A stretch of 64,000 nt of DNA, taken from Phycisphaerae bacterium (GTDB lineage Bacteria; Planctomycetota; Phycisphaerae; SM23-33). The stretch lies in contig JADHXQ010000003.1 of NCBI GenBank assembly GCA_016782885.1, positions 18,316-82,315 of the forward strand, read 5' to 3'. The notes under the pieces were generated by a model. It had not been told where the DNA came from, ran no database searches, and saw only the letters and a program-made list of their open reading frames with translations. The translations under genes were made by a program, and so were the position numbers. Positions 55,479 through 64,000 of the stretch are shown in pieces; positions within the stretch are counted from its first letter, which is position 1, and the number at the start of each line of letters is the position of its first letter.

Positions 55479-55747
55479 CCCGGTTCAGGTTGTCTGCATT
55501 TGGACCTCAACGCGAGGCACAATGCGACTTCTCAGTCAATTGGACATTACGATTCAAAAACTCCCCGTGCGGCGATGCGCGAATTTTTTTTTCCTCGCTG
55601 CTGTGACAGCGCGTGTGGCGGTCTGCTGCAGTGCATCATGGTTGCGAATTCGAATATCGAACAAGGGGTACGGAAGACACCGTGAAGTTGCTATAATGTC
55701 GTTCAGAGTTGGAATAGTTTTGAATCCCCGATTAGGACTTATCCGCC

Positions 55748-58700
55748 ATGAATCGCCGATTGACGCTTATGCTGCTTGCGTTTTCACTCATCGTGTCCTT
55801 TATCGCCGCCGCCGGCGCCGCGGACCCCGCCTGGTACGCAAAAAAGAGCACCTGGCGCGAAACACTGAAGACTTCGCTATACAACAAAACCAAGGGTATC
55901 GCGGCGGAAAAGGCTCGCCCCGTCGCCAGACCGTCCAAAGGCTTCAAACCTTTCGTGACGAAGGCGCTCAAGGGCGGAATGGCGCCGCTGAAAATCTCCG
56001 TACCGATCACCGGCGAGAAGGACCTGATCCTCGTGGCGGCCGACGGCGGCGACGGGATCGGTTGCGATCACTCGACATGGGCCGACGCGAAGCTGATCGG
56101 CGCGGCGGGCAAGGTCACATGGCTCGATACGATCAGACCGAAGGCGGTCAGTGTCGGATACGGTAATCTCCAAATCAAATCCAACGAAAAACGCCGGCCC
56201 GCGATCATCGGAAACCAGAAGTTTCCCCGCTACATCTGGGCTCACGCGGTCAGCACGCTTCACTACGAAATCGGTGGAAAATACGTACGGTTCGAGGCGA
56301 GCGTCGGCGTGGACCGGCGAGAACATCGCAACGCGGGCAGCGTCTCCTTCATCGTAACCAACGACCGCAAATCCATACCCAGGGGCGCCAAATCATCTTC
56401 CATGGCGCTGACCAGTCCGCTCTGGGGCGCACTGCTGCGGGACTTCCCCGAAAGTCAGGGGCTCATGGTCCTCAACGATTGGCTCAGGCAGGACAGCCTC
56501 GGGATCGAAGACGAAGCGGGCAAGTTCAAGGAACCCGCGGCAGCCGCACTGAAAGCGGCGGCCGATACGCTGGCGTACGTAAACAAGTCGGGCCCGCAGA
56601 CCAAACTCGCCGCAGAACTTGCGTCCCTGACCAGGAAGCACACAGCCGCAACCGATGACCAGTGGCGCGACATCTACATGGTGACCAAACAACTCCGGCG
56701 CCGCATTATCCTTTCGCATCCGGCGCTCGACTTCGAAAGAATCCTCATCAACCGCAATCCGCCCACGCTGTACTCTCACAATGGCGACCAGCATCTAGGG
56801 CGTCACAGCCGCGTCGGAAAAGGACTGGCGATCCTGACCGGCTGGAAGACCGACAACCTCAAAGCCACGCCCATGCTGAAGGCGGGCAAGCTGCCCGACG
56901 GCGCCGTTCGCAACCCCGACCTCCACTACGACGCCGAGAAGGTCGCCTTCGCCTTCTGCGACCACACGCGCCAGGGCCAGAAGCGATACTTCCTCTACGA
57001 AGCCGCCATCGACGGCTCGTGGGTGCGCCAATTGACGGGCACGAAACGCGACAAGTTCAACACGTGGGACAATCGCGCCACGGTGATCATCGAGGACAAC
57101 GACCCGTGCTACCTTCCCGATGACAATCTCGTCTTCATCACCACGCGCTGCCAGTCGTTCGGGCGCTGCCACGGCGGGCGCTACAACCCCGCATGGACCC
57201 TTCACCGCTGCGACAAGAACGGCGACAACATCAAGCAGTTGTCGTTCGGCAATGAAAACGAGTACGAACCGTCAGTGCTCAATGACGGGCGGATCGTCTT
57301 CACGCGATGGGAATACACCAACCGCCACGAGATGTTCTTCCACATGCTCTGGGCCTGCCGCCCCGACGGAACGAACGTAACGCACTTCTTCGGAAACGAC
57401 ATGCTCCACCCGATGATGATGGTCGAAGCGACCGCCATTCCCGGAACGCATCGCGTGATGACCACCGCCCAGGGACACCACAGCTACAACACCGGAACGA
57501 CCATCGTTCTCGACACCAACATCGGCGAAAACACCGAAAAGGCGATCACCCACCTGACGCCCGAGACGCCGTATTCCGAATCGCCGGGCGGCGGGTGGCC
57601 CAAGCCGCATTACTCTCACCCCCACCCGCTGACCGAGGACCTGTTCCTGGCCTCGAGGGCAAACCACAACGTGCATCCGCAGGGCAGGACGCCCCCGCCG
57701 GCCGACCGGGCGATATACCTGGTCGACCCGGCAGGCGGGCGCGAGCTGATCTACGAAGACCCGGACGTCGCGTCGTTTTCGCCGATCCCCATCCGCAAAC
57801 GCAAGCGCCCGCCGGTCATGCCGACAATGGTCCGACCCGACGCGCCGGACTACGGAACGGTATTCCTCCAGAACGCCTATCTCACCCGAAAGGAAAACGA
57901 TCCCAAAGGCATCATCAAGCCGGGCATGATCAAGGCTATCCGCGTCATCGCCATCGGCGTCCAACCACGGGCCGGACGTTCCGCATTACATATGCGCGTT
58001 CACGTTGAAATCCCCAGGAAAGTTATCGGAACCGTTCCGGTAGACGCAACCGGTTCGGCGTACTTCAAAGTACCGGCGAGAACGTCCCTGCAGGTCCAGA
58101 CGCTCGACGAAAACGGTATGGCCATCCTCACCGAAAAAAGCCTCTTCTACCTCCAGCCCGGAGAGAACAGGAGCTGCGTCGGATGCCACGAACCCGAAGG
58201 GTCCAGCCCGATCGTAAGCGCGATGGCCAAGCTCCGGCGACTCAGGCCAGTGGACCTCAAACCGGCCGCTGGTCCTGCTTACGAAGGCGGATTGAGCTTC
58301 ATGCGAACCGTCCAACCGGTGCTCGACCGCTACTGCATCAAGTGCCACGGTCTGGGCGAAGGCAAGGACCCCAAGAGCGAGAAGATCAAGCTGATCCACG
58401 ACGGGCAACTGACCTGGCCGCAATCGTACAAGGAACTGTTCGCACGCGGAGACCACCGCGTCGGCGACAAGGGATACATGCACGGGAACAAGAACCACCA
58501 GCCCGAAGACAGGAACATCAGCAAACCGCGCCGATTCTTCGCCTTCAGCAACAAGGTCGCACACATGCTCGTGAAGAATCACGGCAAGTGCAATATGGAC
58601 AGAGACAGCTACATGCGGATCATCGAGTGGATGGACGTCAACGCGCAGTGCTACGGCGACCTGTTCCCCTACAAACTCGAAGAACGCAGAATCGACGCCA

Positions 58701-59053
58701 AGGCCATGACCGCACTGCGGGCATACGTCAAGGAACTCTTCGGCGCCAAGATTGCCGCCCAGCCCGACCGCGCACTGATCAATACAGTCCAGATCGACGA
58801 ATCTCGCATCCTTATGGCGCCCCTGGCGACCCAGACCGGCGGATGGGGCCAGATCCCCGGATACGCCTCGAAAGACGATCCGAAGTACAAGAAGATGGCC
58901 GATCTCGTCGACAAGTGCATCGTAAGGAATCGTAACGAGAACACGCGAGGATGGCAGCCCACACTCGACGCCGGCGGTGGAGAGAAATGGGTGATGGAAG
59001 ATCGGGCGAAACTCATCAGCGGCCTGAAGGGCGCGACGCCCAAGTCGAAATAG
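55748..59053 (+). CDS. family member 6: permuted/partial NPCBM-like N-terminal region plus the beta-propeller/di-CxxCH core
   Basis: Signal peptide. GDGIGCDHSTWADAKL (NPCBM C-half motif) lies upstream of IWAHAVS...GSVSFIV (NPCBM N-half motifs). Core motifs CVGCHEPE and YCIKCHGLGEGKDPKSEKIKL. Confidence 0.75.
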   Translation: MNRRLTLMLLAFSLIVSFIAAAGAADPAWYAKKSTWRETLKTSLYNKTKGIAAEKARPVARPSKGFKPFVTKALKGGMAPLKISVPITGEKDLILVAADGGDGIGCDHSTWADAKLIGAAGKVTWLDTIRPKAVSVGYGNLQIKSNEKRRPAIIGNQKFPRYIWAHAVSTLHYEIGGKYVRFEASVGVDRREHRNAGSVSFIVTNDRKSIPRGAKSSSMALTSPLWGALLRDFPESQGLMVLNDWLRQDSLGIEDEAGKFKEPAAAALKAAADTLAYVNKSGPQTKLAAELASLTRKHTAATDDQWRDIYMVTKQLRRRIILSHPALDFERILINRNPPTLYSHNGDQHLGRHSRVGKGLAILTGWKTDNLKATPMLKAGKLPDGAVRNPDLHYDAEKVAFAFCDHTRQGQKRYFLYEAAIDGSWVRQLTGTKRDKFNTWDNRATVIIEDNDPCYLPDDNLVFITTRCQSFGRCHGGRYNPAWTLHRCDKNGDNIKQLSFGNENEYEPSVLNDGRIVFTRWEYTNRHEMFFHMLWACRPDGTNVTHFFGNDMLHPMMMVEATAIPGTHRVMTTAQGHHSYNTGTTIVLDTNIGENTEKAITHLTPETPYSESPGGGWPKPHYSHPHPLTEDLFLASRANHNVHPQGRTPPPADRAIYLVDPAGGRELIYEDPDVASFSPIPIRKRKRPPVMPTMVRPDAPDYGTVFLQNAYLTRKENDPKGIIKPGMIKAIRVIAIGVQPRAGRSALHMRVHVEIPRKVIGTVPVDATGSAYFKVPARTSLQVQTLDENGMAILTEKSLFYLQPGENRSCVGCHEPEGSSPIVSAMAKLRRLRPVDLKPAAGPAYEGGLSFMRTVQPVLDRYCIKCHGLGEGKDPKSEKIKLIHDGQLTWPQSYKELFARGDHRVGDKGYMHGNKNHQPEDRNISKPRRFFAFSNKVAHMLVKNHGKCNMDRDSYMRIIEWMDVNAQCYGDLFPYKLEERRIDAKAMTALRAYVKELFGAKIAAQPDRALINTVQIDESRILMAPLATQTGGWGQIPGYASKDDPKYKKMADLVDKCIVRNRNENTRGWQPTLDAGGGEKWVMEDRAKLISGLKGATPKSK

Positions 59054-59103
59054 GCGACAGCAGCCAATAAAGAGACGCATCCAACAAGGCCCCGAGGCCC
59101 ATG

Positions 59104-60342
59104 TGGGGTCAGAGCTTCGTTAGTCTTTAAGGTGATAGAAATACAATAGAACTCTTTGTATTAAATGCGGATAGCGGATGCAAAAGATCTTTTAAGGACT
59201 AACGAAGCTCTGACCCCAAGTTTTTCGATTGACGTTGAGATTGGGATTTGTTAGTTTTTCGGGTATGGCTAGACCTCTGAGAATACAGTTTCCTGGCGCC
59301 TTGTATCATGTCATGTCGCGGGGCAATGAGAAGCAACCGATCGTTCTTGACGACATCGACCGGGCCAAACGCGTCGATTGGTTGCGGCGGACGGTGGAGA
59401 TTTACGGGTGGCGGCTTCATGCGTTCGCGCTGATGACGAATCACGATCACCTGTTCGTCGAGACGCCCGAACCGAATCTGTCTGCCGGGATGCAGTATCT
59501 CGGCGGCAGCTACACGAGCTATTTCAATTGGCGCTACAAACGCAGCGGGCATCTGTTTCAAGGCCGCTTCAAGGCCCATCTAGTTCAGACCGAGGGTTAC
59601 TTCCGCGAAGTCAGCCGCTACATCCATCTGAACCCCGTGCGTGCCGGACTCGTCGCCCGCCCGCAAGATTACAACTGGAGCAGCTATCCCGGCTACGCCC
59701 AATCGCGGCGGGCCGTGGCGTGGGTCTGCTACGATCGCGTGTTGTCTGAGTTCGGATGCGATCCGGGCGACGCCAGGCGGGCCTATAACCGCTTCGTTCG
59801 CCACGGAATAAACACCCCGCCGCCTTCGCCGCTAGCCAAACCGGTCAGCGGATTGCTTGTCGGATCCGAAGCGTTTGTGGCGAAAATGCGTGGGATGCTC
59901 CAGAATCGCCCCGACGACGCCTCCCTACCCCAACTGCGCGAAATGCAGTTGCAGTCGCGTCCGGAATTGCAGCGGATAGTCGCCGCAGTCGCCGAGAAAT
60001 TCGGCAGCGACCCAGCCGACTGGCGTGCGGACAAACGAGTCAACGACGCCAGCCGCGCACTAGCGGCGTACCTCGCCAGACGACGCTTCGGATATTCGGG
60101 CAATCAGGTGGCCGAAGCGTTGGGATATCGAAGCGGCAGTTCGGTGTCGAGCGCTGTCGCCCGAATCGATTCAGCAGGTCCAGCACTCAGGAAAACCGCC
60201 GAAAAGATCGAACGAGAGCTTATGGGGTCAGAGCTTGGTTAGTCCTTAAGAAGCTGGCGGCTCGATACAAGTCCTTTGTGTGTAGGCCAATAGAGGATAC
60301 AGACAGACCCTTGAGGACTAACCAAGCTCTGACCCCATAAGC
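59104..60342 (+). mobile_element. IS200/IS605-like (or REP-associated) element consisting of a Y1 HUH transposase gene bracketed by two related long hairpin elements
   Basis: Upstream hairpin: 22-bp perfect stem 59104..59125 / 59197..59218 with a ~71-nt loop. Downstream hairpin: 28-bp perfect stem 60217..60245 / 60315..60342 with a ~69-nt loop. The two stems are nearly identical in sequence and lie in the same orientation. Confidence 0.65.
59265..60242 (+). CDS. tnpA: IS200-like Y1 (HUH) transposase with a C-terminal DnaA-C-like helix-turn-helix domain
   Basis: HVMSRGN, the HuH motif NHDHLFVE and the catalytic-Tyr region YIHLNPVRAGL. The C-terminal ALAAYLARRRFGYSGNQVAEALGYRSGSSVSSAVARI resembles the DnaA C-terminal HTH. 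The start is placed at the ATG at 59265. Confidence 0.75.
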   Translation: MARPLRIQFPGALYHVMSRGNEKQPIVLDDIDRAKRVDWLRRTVEIYGWRLHAFALMTNHDHLFVETPEPNLSAGMQYLGGSYTSYFNWRYKRSGHLFQGRFKAHLVQTEGYFREVSRYIHLNPVRAGLVARPQDYNWSSYPGYAQSRRAVAWVCYDRVLSEFGCDPGDARRAYNRFVRHGINTPPPSPLAKPVSGLLVGSEAFVAKMRGMLQNRPDDASLPQLREMQLQSRPELQRIVAAVAEKFGSDPADWRADKRVNDASRALAAYLARRRFGYSGNQVAEALGYRSGSSVSSAVARIDSAGPALRKTAEKIERELMGSELG

Positions 60343-60346
60343 TCAT

Positions 60347-61621
60347 CTACCGACTGCGGCGCAATTGACCGAACGCGATTCCGATCAGACCGCAGAGGCC
60401 CCCGCCTACCCCGGCGATCAGGTAGATCAGCGGAGGACCCCACGATGCACCCAGCGACTCGCTGACCAGGAATGCGTTGCCCAAAAGCCCCGTCGCCAGC
60501 AGCGAAAGCGACGTGCATCCGACGAACGTCAGGTTGATCAGAGAGAACACGCGCCCGTGCATCGCGTGGGGCACCTTCTCATGGATCAGCGTGGTGCGGC
60601 TGATCTGGATGAGCGGTATCCAGATACCGTGGAACGCGTGCGCACATAACAGCAGCGGGAAACTCCGGATCCAGAAGAACGGGATAAACGTCACGCCGTC
60701 CATCACCATGCCGATCAGGATCAGCCTGCCCTTGGGCCAGCGCCTCCCCCACCTGGCGACGATGACCGAACCGAGCAGCCAACCGGCGCCCAGCACGGCG
60801 TGGAATATCGCGACCTGACGCGCCCCCAGACCGCAGGTCTTGAAAATCAGCAGATTGCTGCCGATGATCGCCGGACCCATGATGAAGAAGTTGTCCACCG
60901 CCGTTATGAACAGCAGCCCGCGAAGCAGGCCCGACCGGCGAGCATAACCGAGCGCCTCCCGCACATCATGCCACGTGCCCATCTTCCGGCGGACGCCCGG
61001 GCCGCCCCTCCCCGCCGCGATGCCCAGCAGAAGCCCGAACGATACCACGAACGTCGCCCCGTCGACCCAATACAGGTTTACGATACGCGTAATCTCCGGA
61101 CCGATGTCCCCGCGCGCCAAGGCCGCCTTCGTCGAGGCCTCGTTTATCCCCAGCAACAGGGCGACACCAAGCGATCCGACAATCATCGCCATCTGCGCCG
61201 ACATCTGAAACCACGCGTTGACGCGAGTAAGCGATCGCCCCTCAGCCAAAAGCGGAAGCAGCGCGTCGCGGGCCGGATTGAACGCCGTGGACACCGTCGC
61301 CAGACAAAACGCCACGCACCCAACCAGCGGCCAGGACAGATAACCCCACGTCGCCGCAAAAGGAAGCGTAACGACCAGTACCGCCCGAATGATATCGGCC
61401 ACCAGCATCAACCGTTTTTTGCGCACGCGGTCGACCAGCGCGCCGGAAAACGGGCCTATCAGCAGGAACGGAAGGAAGTTCAGGAGCATGACGACCCCCG
61501 TCTTCATGGCCGCATCCTCGCCGCCGATCAACAGGATAAGAAACGGAAGCGTCACCATGAAGAACGCGTCGCCAACCTGGCTGACAAACTGCCCGATCCA
61601 GAGTAATACGAGGTTCTTCAT
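60347..61621 (-). CDS. MFS transporter
   Basis: Twelve hydrophobic segments. MFS signature region GALVDRVRKKRLML. Confidence 0.7.
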   Translation of the reverse strand: MKNLVLLWIGQFVSQVGDAFFMVTLPFLILLIGGEDAAMKTGVVMLLNFLPFLLIGPFSGALVDRVRKKRLMLVADIIRAVLVVTLPFAATWGYLSWPLVGCVAFCLATVSTAFNPARDALLPLLAEGRSLTRVNAWFQMSAQMAMIVGSLGVALLLGINEASTKAALARGDIGPEITRIVNLYWVDGATFVVSFGLLLGIAAGRGGPGVRRKMGTWHDVREALGYARRSGLLRGLLFITAVDNFFIMGPAIIGSNLLIFKTCGLGARQVAIFHAVLGAGWLLGSVIVARWGRRWPKGRLILIGMVMDGVTFIPFFWIRSFPLLLCAHAFHGIWIPLIQISRTTLIHEKVPHAMHGRVFSLINLTFVGCTSLSLLATGLLGNAFLVSESLGASWGPPLIYLIAGVGGGLCGLIGIAFGQLRRSR

Positions 61622-61867
61622 CCAGCCAACTGTCCTTTCGCACGTCCGGACATGATAGGGTTTTGCCTCGATTGGGACAATAAACCAGCGATTTGTTGAG
61701 ATGCCTTGCGTGCGACATAAAAGGGTGGCGGGTTAGGCAAAGGCCACAACAACGTCTTGAGCCACGGATTCCCGCGGATAGCACGGATGTGTTACGGCAA
61801 CGGCAACAACAACGGCTTGAGCCACGGAAAACACGGAAAGCACGGATATCCCCGGAATTGCAGGGGT

Positions 61868-63193
61868 TTACTTCTTCAGCATGATGTCCTTGAACTGGAC
61901 CTTCATCGGCGGGCCCGGGTGGACTTGCAGGGCGATGATACCGTCTAGGGCGGCTTTGCCCTTCTGGTGGTCGATGGCCTCGCACATCACGACGCCGTTG
62001 ATCATCAGCGTCATTTTCGGTCCCTTGGCGATGATGCGATACTCGTTCCAGCCGTTGAGCTTGACGCCCTTGAGCAGTTCGCCCGGGTCGCCGATCTTCG
62101 TGACCGTCTTCTTGCCCTTTTCGTCGATGACCGTCCGCGTGCCTCGCCCCGCCACCTTGCCGCGAGCGTGAGCGAACACGCATCCGGTCCACGTGCCGGC
62201 GGCGTCCATGTCGGCCTGGTATCCGAACGTGTCCCAATCCGGTCGGCGCTGGCTGCGAAACTGGATTCCCGAGTTTCCGCCGACCAGCTTGTACTTCAAC
62301 CGCAGTTCGAAGTCGCCCGGCTTGCCGCCCTTCCAGATCAGGTAGTTGCACTTCTTGCAGGGCTTCTCGCGCGTGGTCTGCGAGGTGATCGCGCCGTCCT
62401 CGACGTACCACCAGTTGGGCTTGGCGTCCCAACCGGTGAGATCCTTACCGTTGAACAACGAGACGAAACCGGCGGTATCGTCTGCTTTCGCCGTTTCGGA
62501 AGCGGTCAAACCAAAGGCCTTCAACACCCCTCTTGCCATCATGGCATTACCCAGGGCATTCATATGCACGCCATCGCTTGTCAGTTGCTTTCCCTTCGGC
62601 GCGTCTTTCGGGAATTTCTTCAGCGCCTCCCGCATGTCGGTATTGAGATCGGCCAGCAGGCACTTCTTATCCCTGGCCAGTTGCTTCAGGAACGCGTTGT
62701 AAGGCAGCAGCTTCTGGTTCAGAGCGTTGGACTGATCTTCCCTGATCATGGTCGAGGTGAGAATCATGACTTTTACTCCCGCGGCCTGGGCGCGGGTTAC
62801 GATCTCGGTGATGTTATTCTTGTACGGCTCGAGCGCCACGCCTCTGGCGCCGTGCCACACATCGTTCACTCCGCAGCTCAGGGTCATCCAGTCGGGCTTG
62901 TGTTTGAGAACGTCTTTTTCCAGGCGCGCCAGCATCTGGTTGGACTTGTGCCCGCTGACGCCCGCGAAAACACCGGTGACCTCCAGGCCCTGCTTATTCA
63001 GCGCGCTGAGAACCAGTTGGCAGTAACCTCCCTTTCTGCGCCCGGCGGCCGTGATGGAATCGCCCAGGAAGGCGATCTTCTGCCCCTTGGCCACAGCAAT
63101 CTTGCCCGACGACTTGTCTTCCGCCTGCAGCGGGAATGATGAACAACAAATCATCAGAACAACGCACGCCAGTACAAAATACTTTGTTTTCAC
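61868..63193 (-). CDS. secreted two-domain protein with an N-terminal SGNH/GDSL hydrolase domain and a C-terminal DUF1080 domain
   Basis: Signal peptide. Block I FLGDSIT (catalytic Ser) and block V DGVHMN (catalytic His). C-terminal DUF1080 motifs (NSGIQFR, GYQADMD, WNEYRIIAKG...INGVVM, IALQVHPG, VQFKDIMLK). Confidence 0.75.
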   Translation of the reverse strand: MKTKYFVLACVVLMICCSSFPLQAEDKSSGKIAVAKGQKIAFLGDSITAAGRRKGGYCQLVLSALNKQGLEVTGVFAGVSGHKSNQMLARLEKDVLKHKPDWMTLSCGVNDVWHGARGVALEPYKNNITEIVTRAQAAGVKVMILTSTMIREDQSNALNQKLLPYNAFLKQLARDKKCLLADLNTDMREALKKFPKDAPKGKQLTSDGVHMNALGNAMMARGVLKAFGLTASETAKADDTAGFVSLFNGKDLTGWDAKPNWWYVEDGAITSQTTREKPCKKCNYLIWKGGKPGDFELRLKYKLVGGNSGIQFRSQRRPDWDTFGYQADMDAAGTWTGCVFAHARGKVAGRGTRTVIDEKGKKTVTKIGDPGELLKGVKLNGWNEYRIIAKGPKMTLMINGVVMCEAIDHQKGKAALDGIIALQVHPGPPMKVQFKDIMLKK

Positions 63194-63249
63194 AAGAGAC
63201 TCCTTTAGTAATTCAGTGGTAACCGTGATGCAGATAAGGGGCTTAATCC

Positions 63250-63588
63250 TTGAGTATACCCTCTTTTTTCTCCTTTAGGAACCCATTTCAAATATCTGTA
63301 CAATCGGGGACAGTCGGAGTCGTATTGACTGGCGCTTTACGACTAAACTGGTACTTCGTACATGTCCGTCAATACTTGCAGGATGCGGGATTCCTCGACG
63401 AAGCGGAAAAGAAGAAACTCACGGACGGCGTCTACGGCTTTTTTAGCGGGGAAGGGTCACATCCAGGCATCTCCAAGCAGAGTACGGCGCGAGTTTGCAT
63501 GCACATCCTCTGGGCTTTCTCGTATTACCTACTTGAGAAATTCAAACACTGGAAAGCTACTTATGAAAAAAATCAACAGGCAGTTTAG
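63250..63588 (+). CDS. hypothetical small protein in a lower-GC segment
   Basis: ORF only. The composition differs from the rest of the window. Confidence 0.25.
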   Translation: MSIPSFFSFRNPFQISVQSGTVGVVLTGALRLNWYFVHVRQYLQDAGFLDEAEKKKLTDGVYGFFSGEGSHPGISKQSTARVCMHILWAFSYYLLEKFKHWKATYEKNQQAV

Positions 63589-63616
63589 TCCCGACAAGCC
63601 TGCATTGTCACCGTAG

Positions 63617-63892
63617 TCATTTCTCGTACCAAGCGGACGCATGGAGTCGACTACTGGGGATGGCCTCGTCTATGATCGGATGTTTTGCCACGGCGGGAAG
63701 CTTCTGGAAGTGCGTGAGGCAGGTTGTCATGAACTCGCGCCAGTGTTCCTCAGTCATATGATCCGCGGCCAATATAGCAAAGAGGCCTGCTAGATTAACG
63801 AAGGCAGACGGTATATGTACGCTCTGGCAACGCTTCCCAAGTGCGTCAGGCTTGACCTCATACCTGAACGATTCAGGCACGTCACTCAACAC
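63617..63892 (-). CDS. hypothetical small protein in a lower-GC segment
   Basis: ORF only. Confidence 0.25.
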   Translation of the reverse strand: MLSDVPESFRYEVKPDALGKRCQSVHIPSAFVNLAGLFAILAADHMTEEHWREFMTTCLTHFQKLPAVAKHPIIDEAIPSSRLHASAWYEK

Positions 63893-64000
63893 TTTGTTGC
63901 TGTTTTGGACATGGCAAATGGGATGTTTTATCTGAGGAGGAGACTTGTAGTCATAGTGAAGGCTCTCTGTGGGAATGGCCTCCTGTCCGGAAATTTGAAA

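Overview
This is a high-GC chromosomal segment of roughly 40 genes. Its gene content points to a member of the Planctomycetota/Verrucomicrobiota/Lentisphaerota (PVC) group. The markers are two DUF1559 proteins with the FTL(V/I)ELLVV prepilin-like N-terminus, three DUF1080-domain proteins, several PQQ-like beta-propeller proteins, a formylglycine-type sulfatase, a PEP-CTERM protein and a PSCyt1-like CxxCH domain. Housekeeping genes (recQ, ribD, murJ, nadA, tRNA-Arg) are interleaved with a polysaccharide-degradation gene set: a GH5 glycosidase, a BNR sialidase-like protein, a sulfatase, a heparinase II/III-like lyase, DUF1080 proteins and a CBM9-like protein. The most striking feature is a six-member paralogous family of large secreted proteins. 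Three members sit in tandem on the plus strand and three are dispersed. All share a ~650-aa core with a TolB/PD40-like beta-propeller signature and two invariant C-terminal CxxCH motifs, the second in a PSCyt1-like context. This is fused to swappable N-terminal lectin-like modules: NPCBM-like, LamG-like, an unknown beta-sandwich, or none. The architecture resembles a beta-propeller c-type cytochrome, broadly like the hydrazine synthase alpha subunit, but this is an inference only. I could not assign the family to a characterised enzyme and regard it as the best candidate for an undescribed carbohydrate-directed heme redox system. Other notable items are a tandem triplication of a PQQ-like beta-propeller gene whose third copy has lost its stop codon, an IS200-like Y1 transposase bracketed by two long hairpin elements, a ~160-bp complex palindrome between convergent genes, two DUF1559/HEAT-repeat gene pairs, and a compositionally distinct AT-richer segment at the 3' end of the window. 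Most other ORFs in the six-frame track are antisense shadow ORFs typical of GC-rich DNA.
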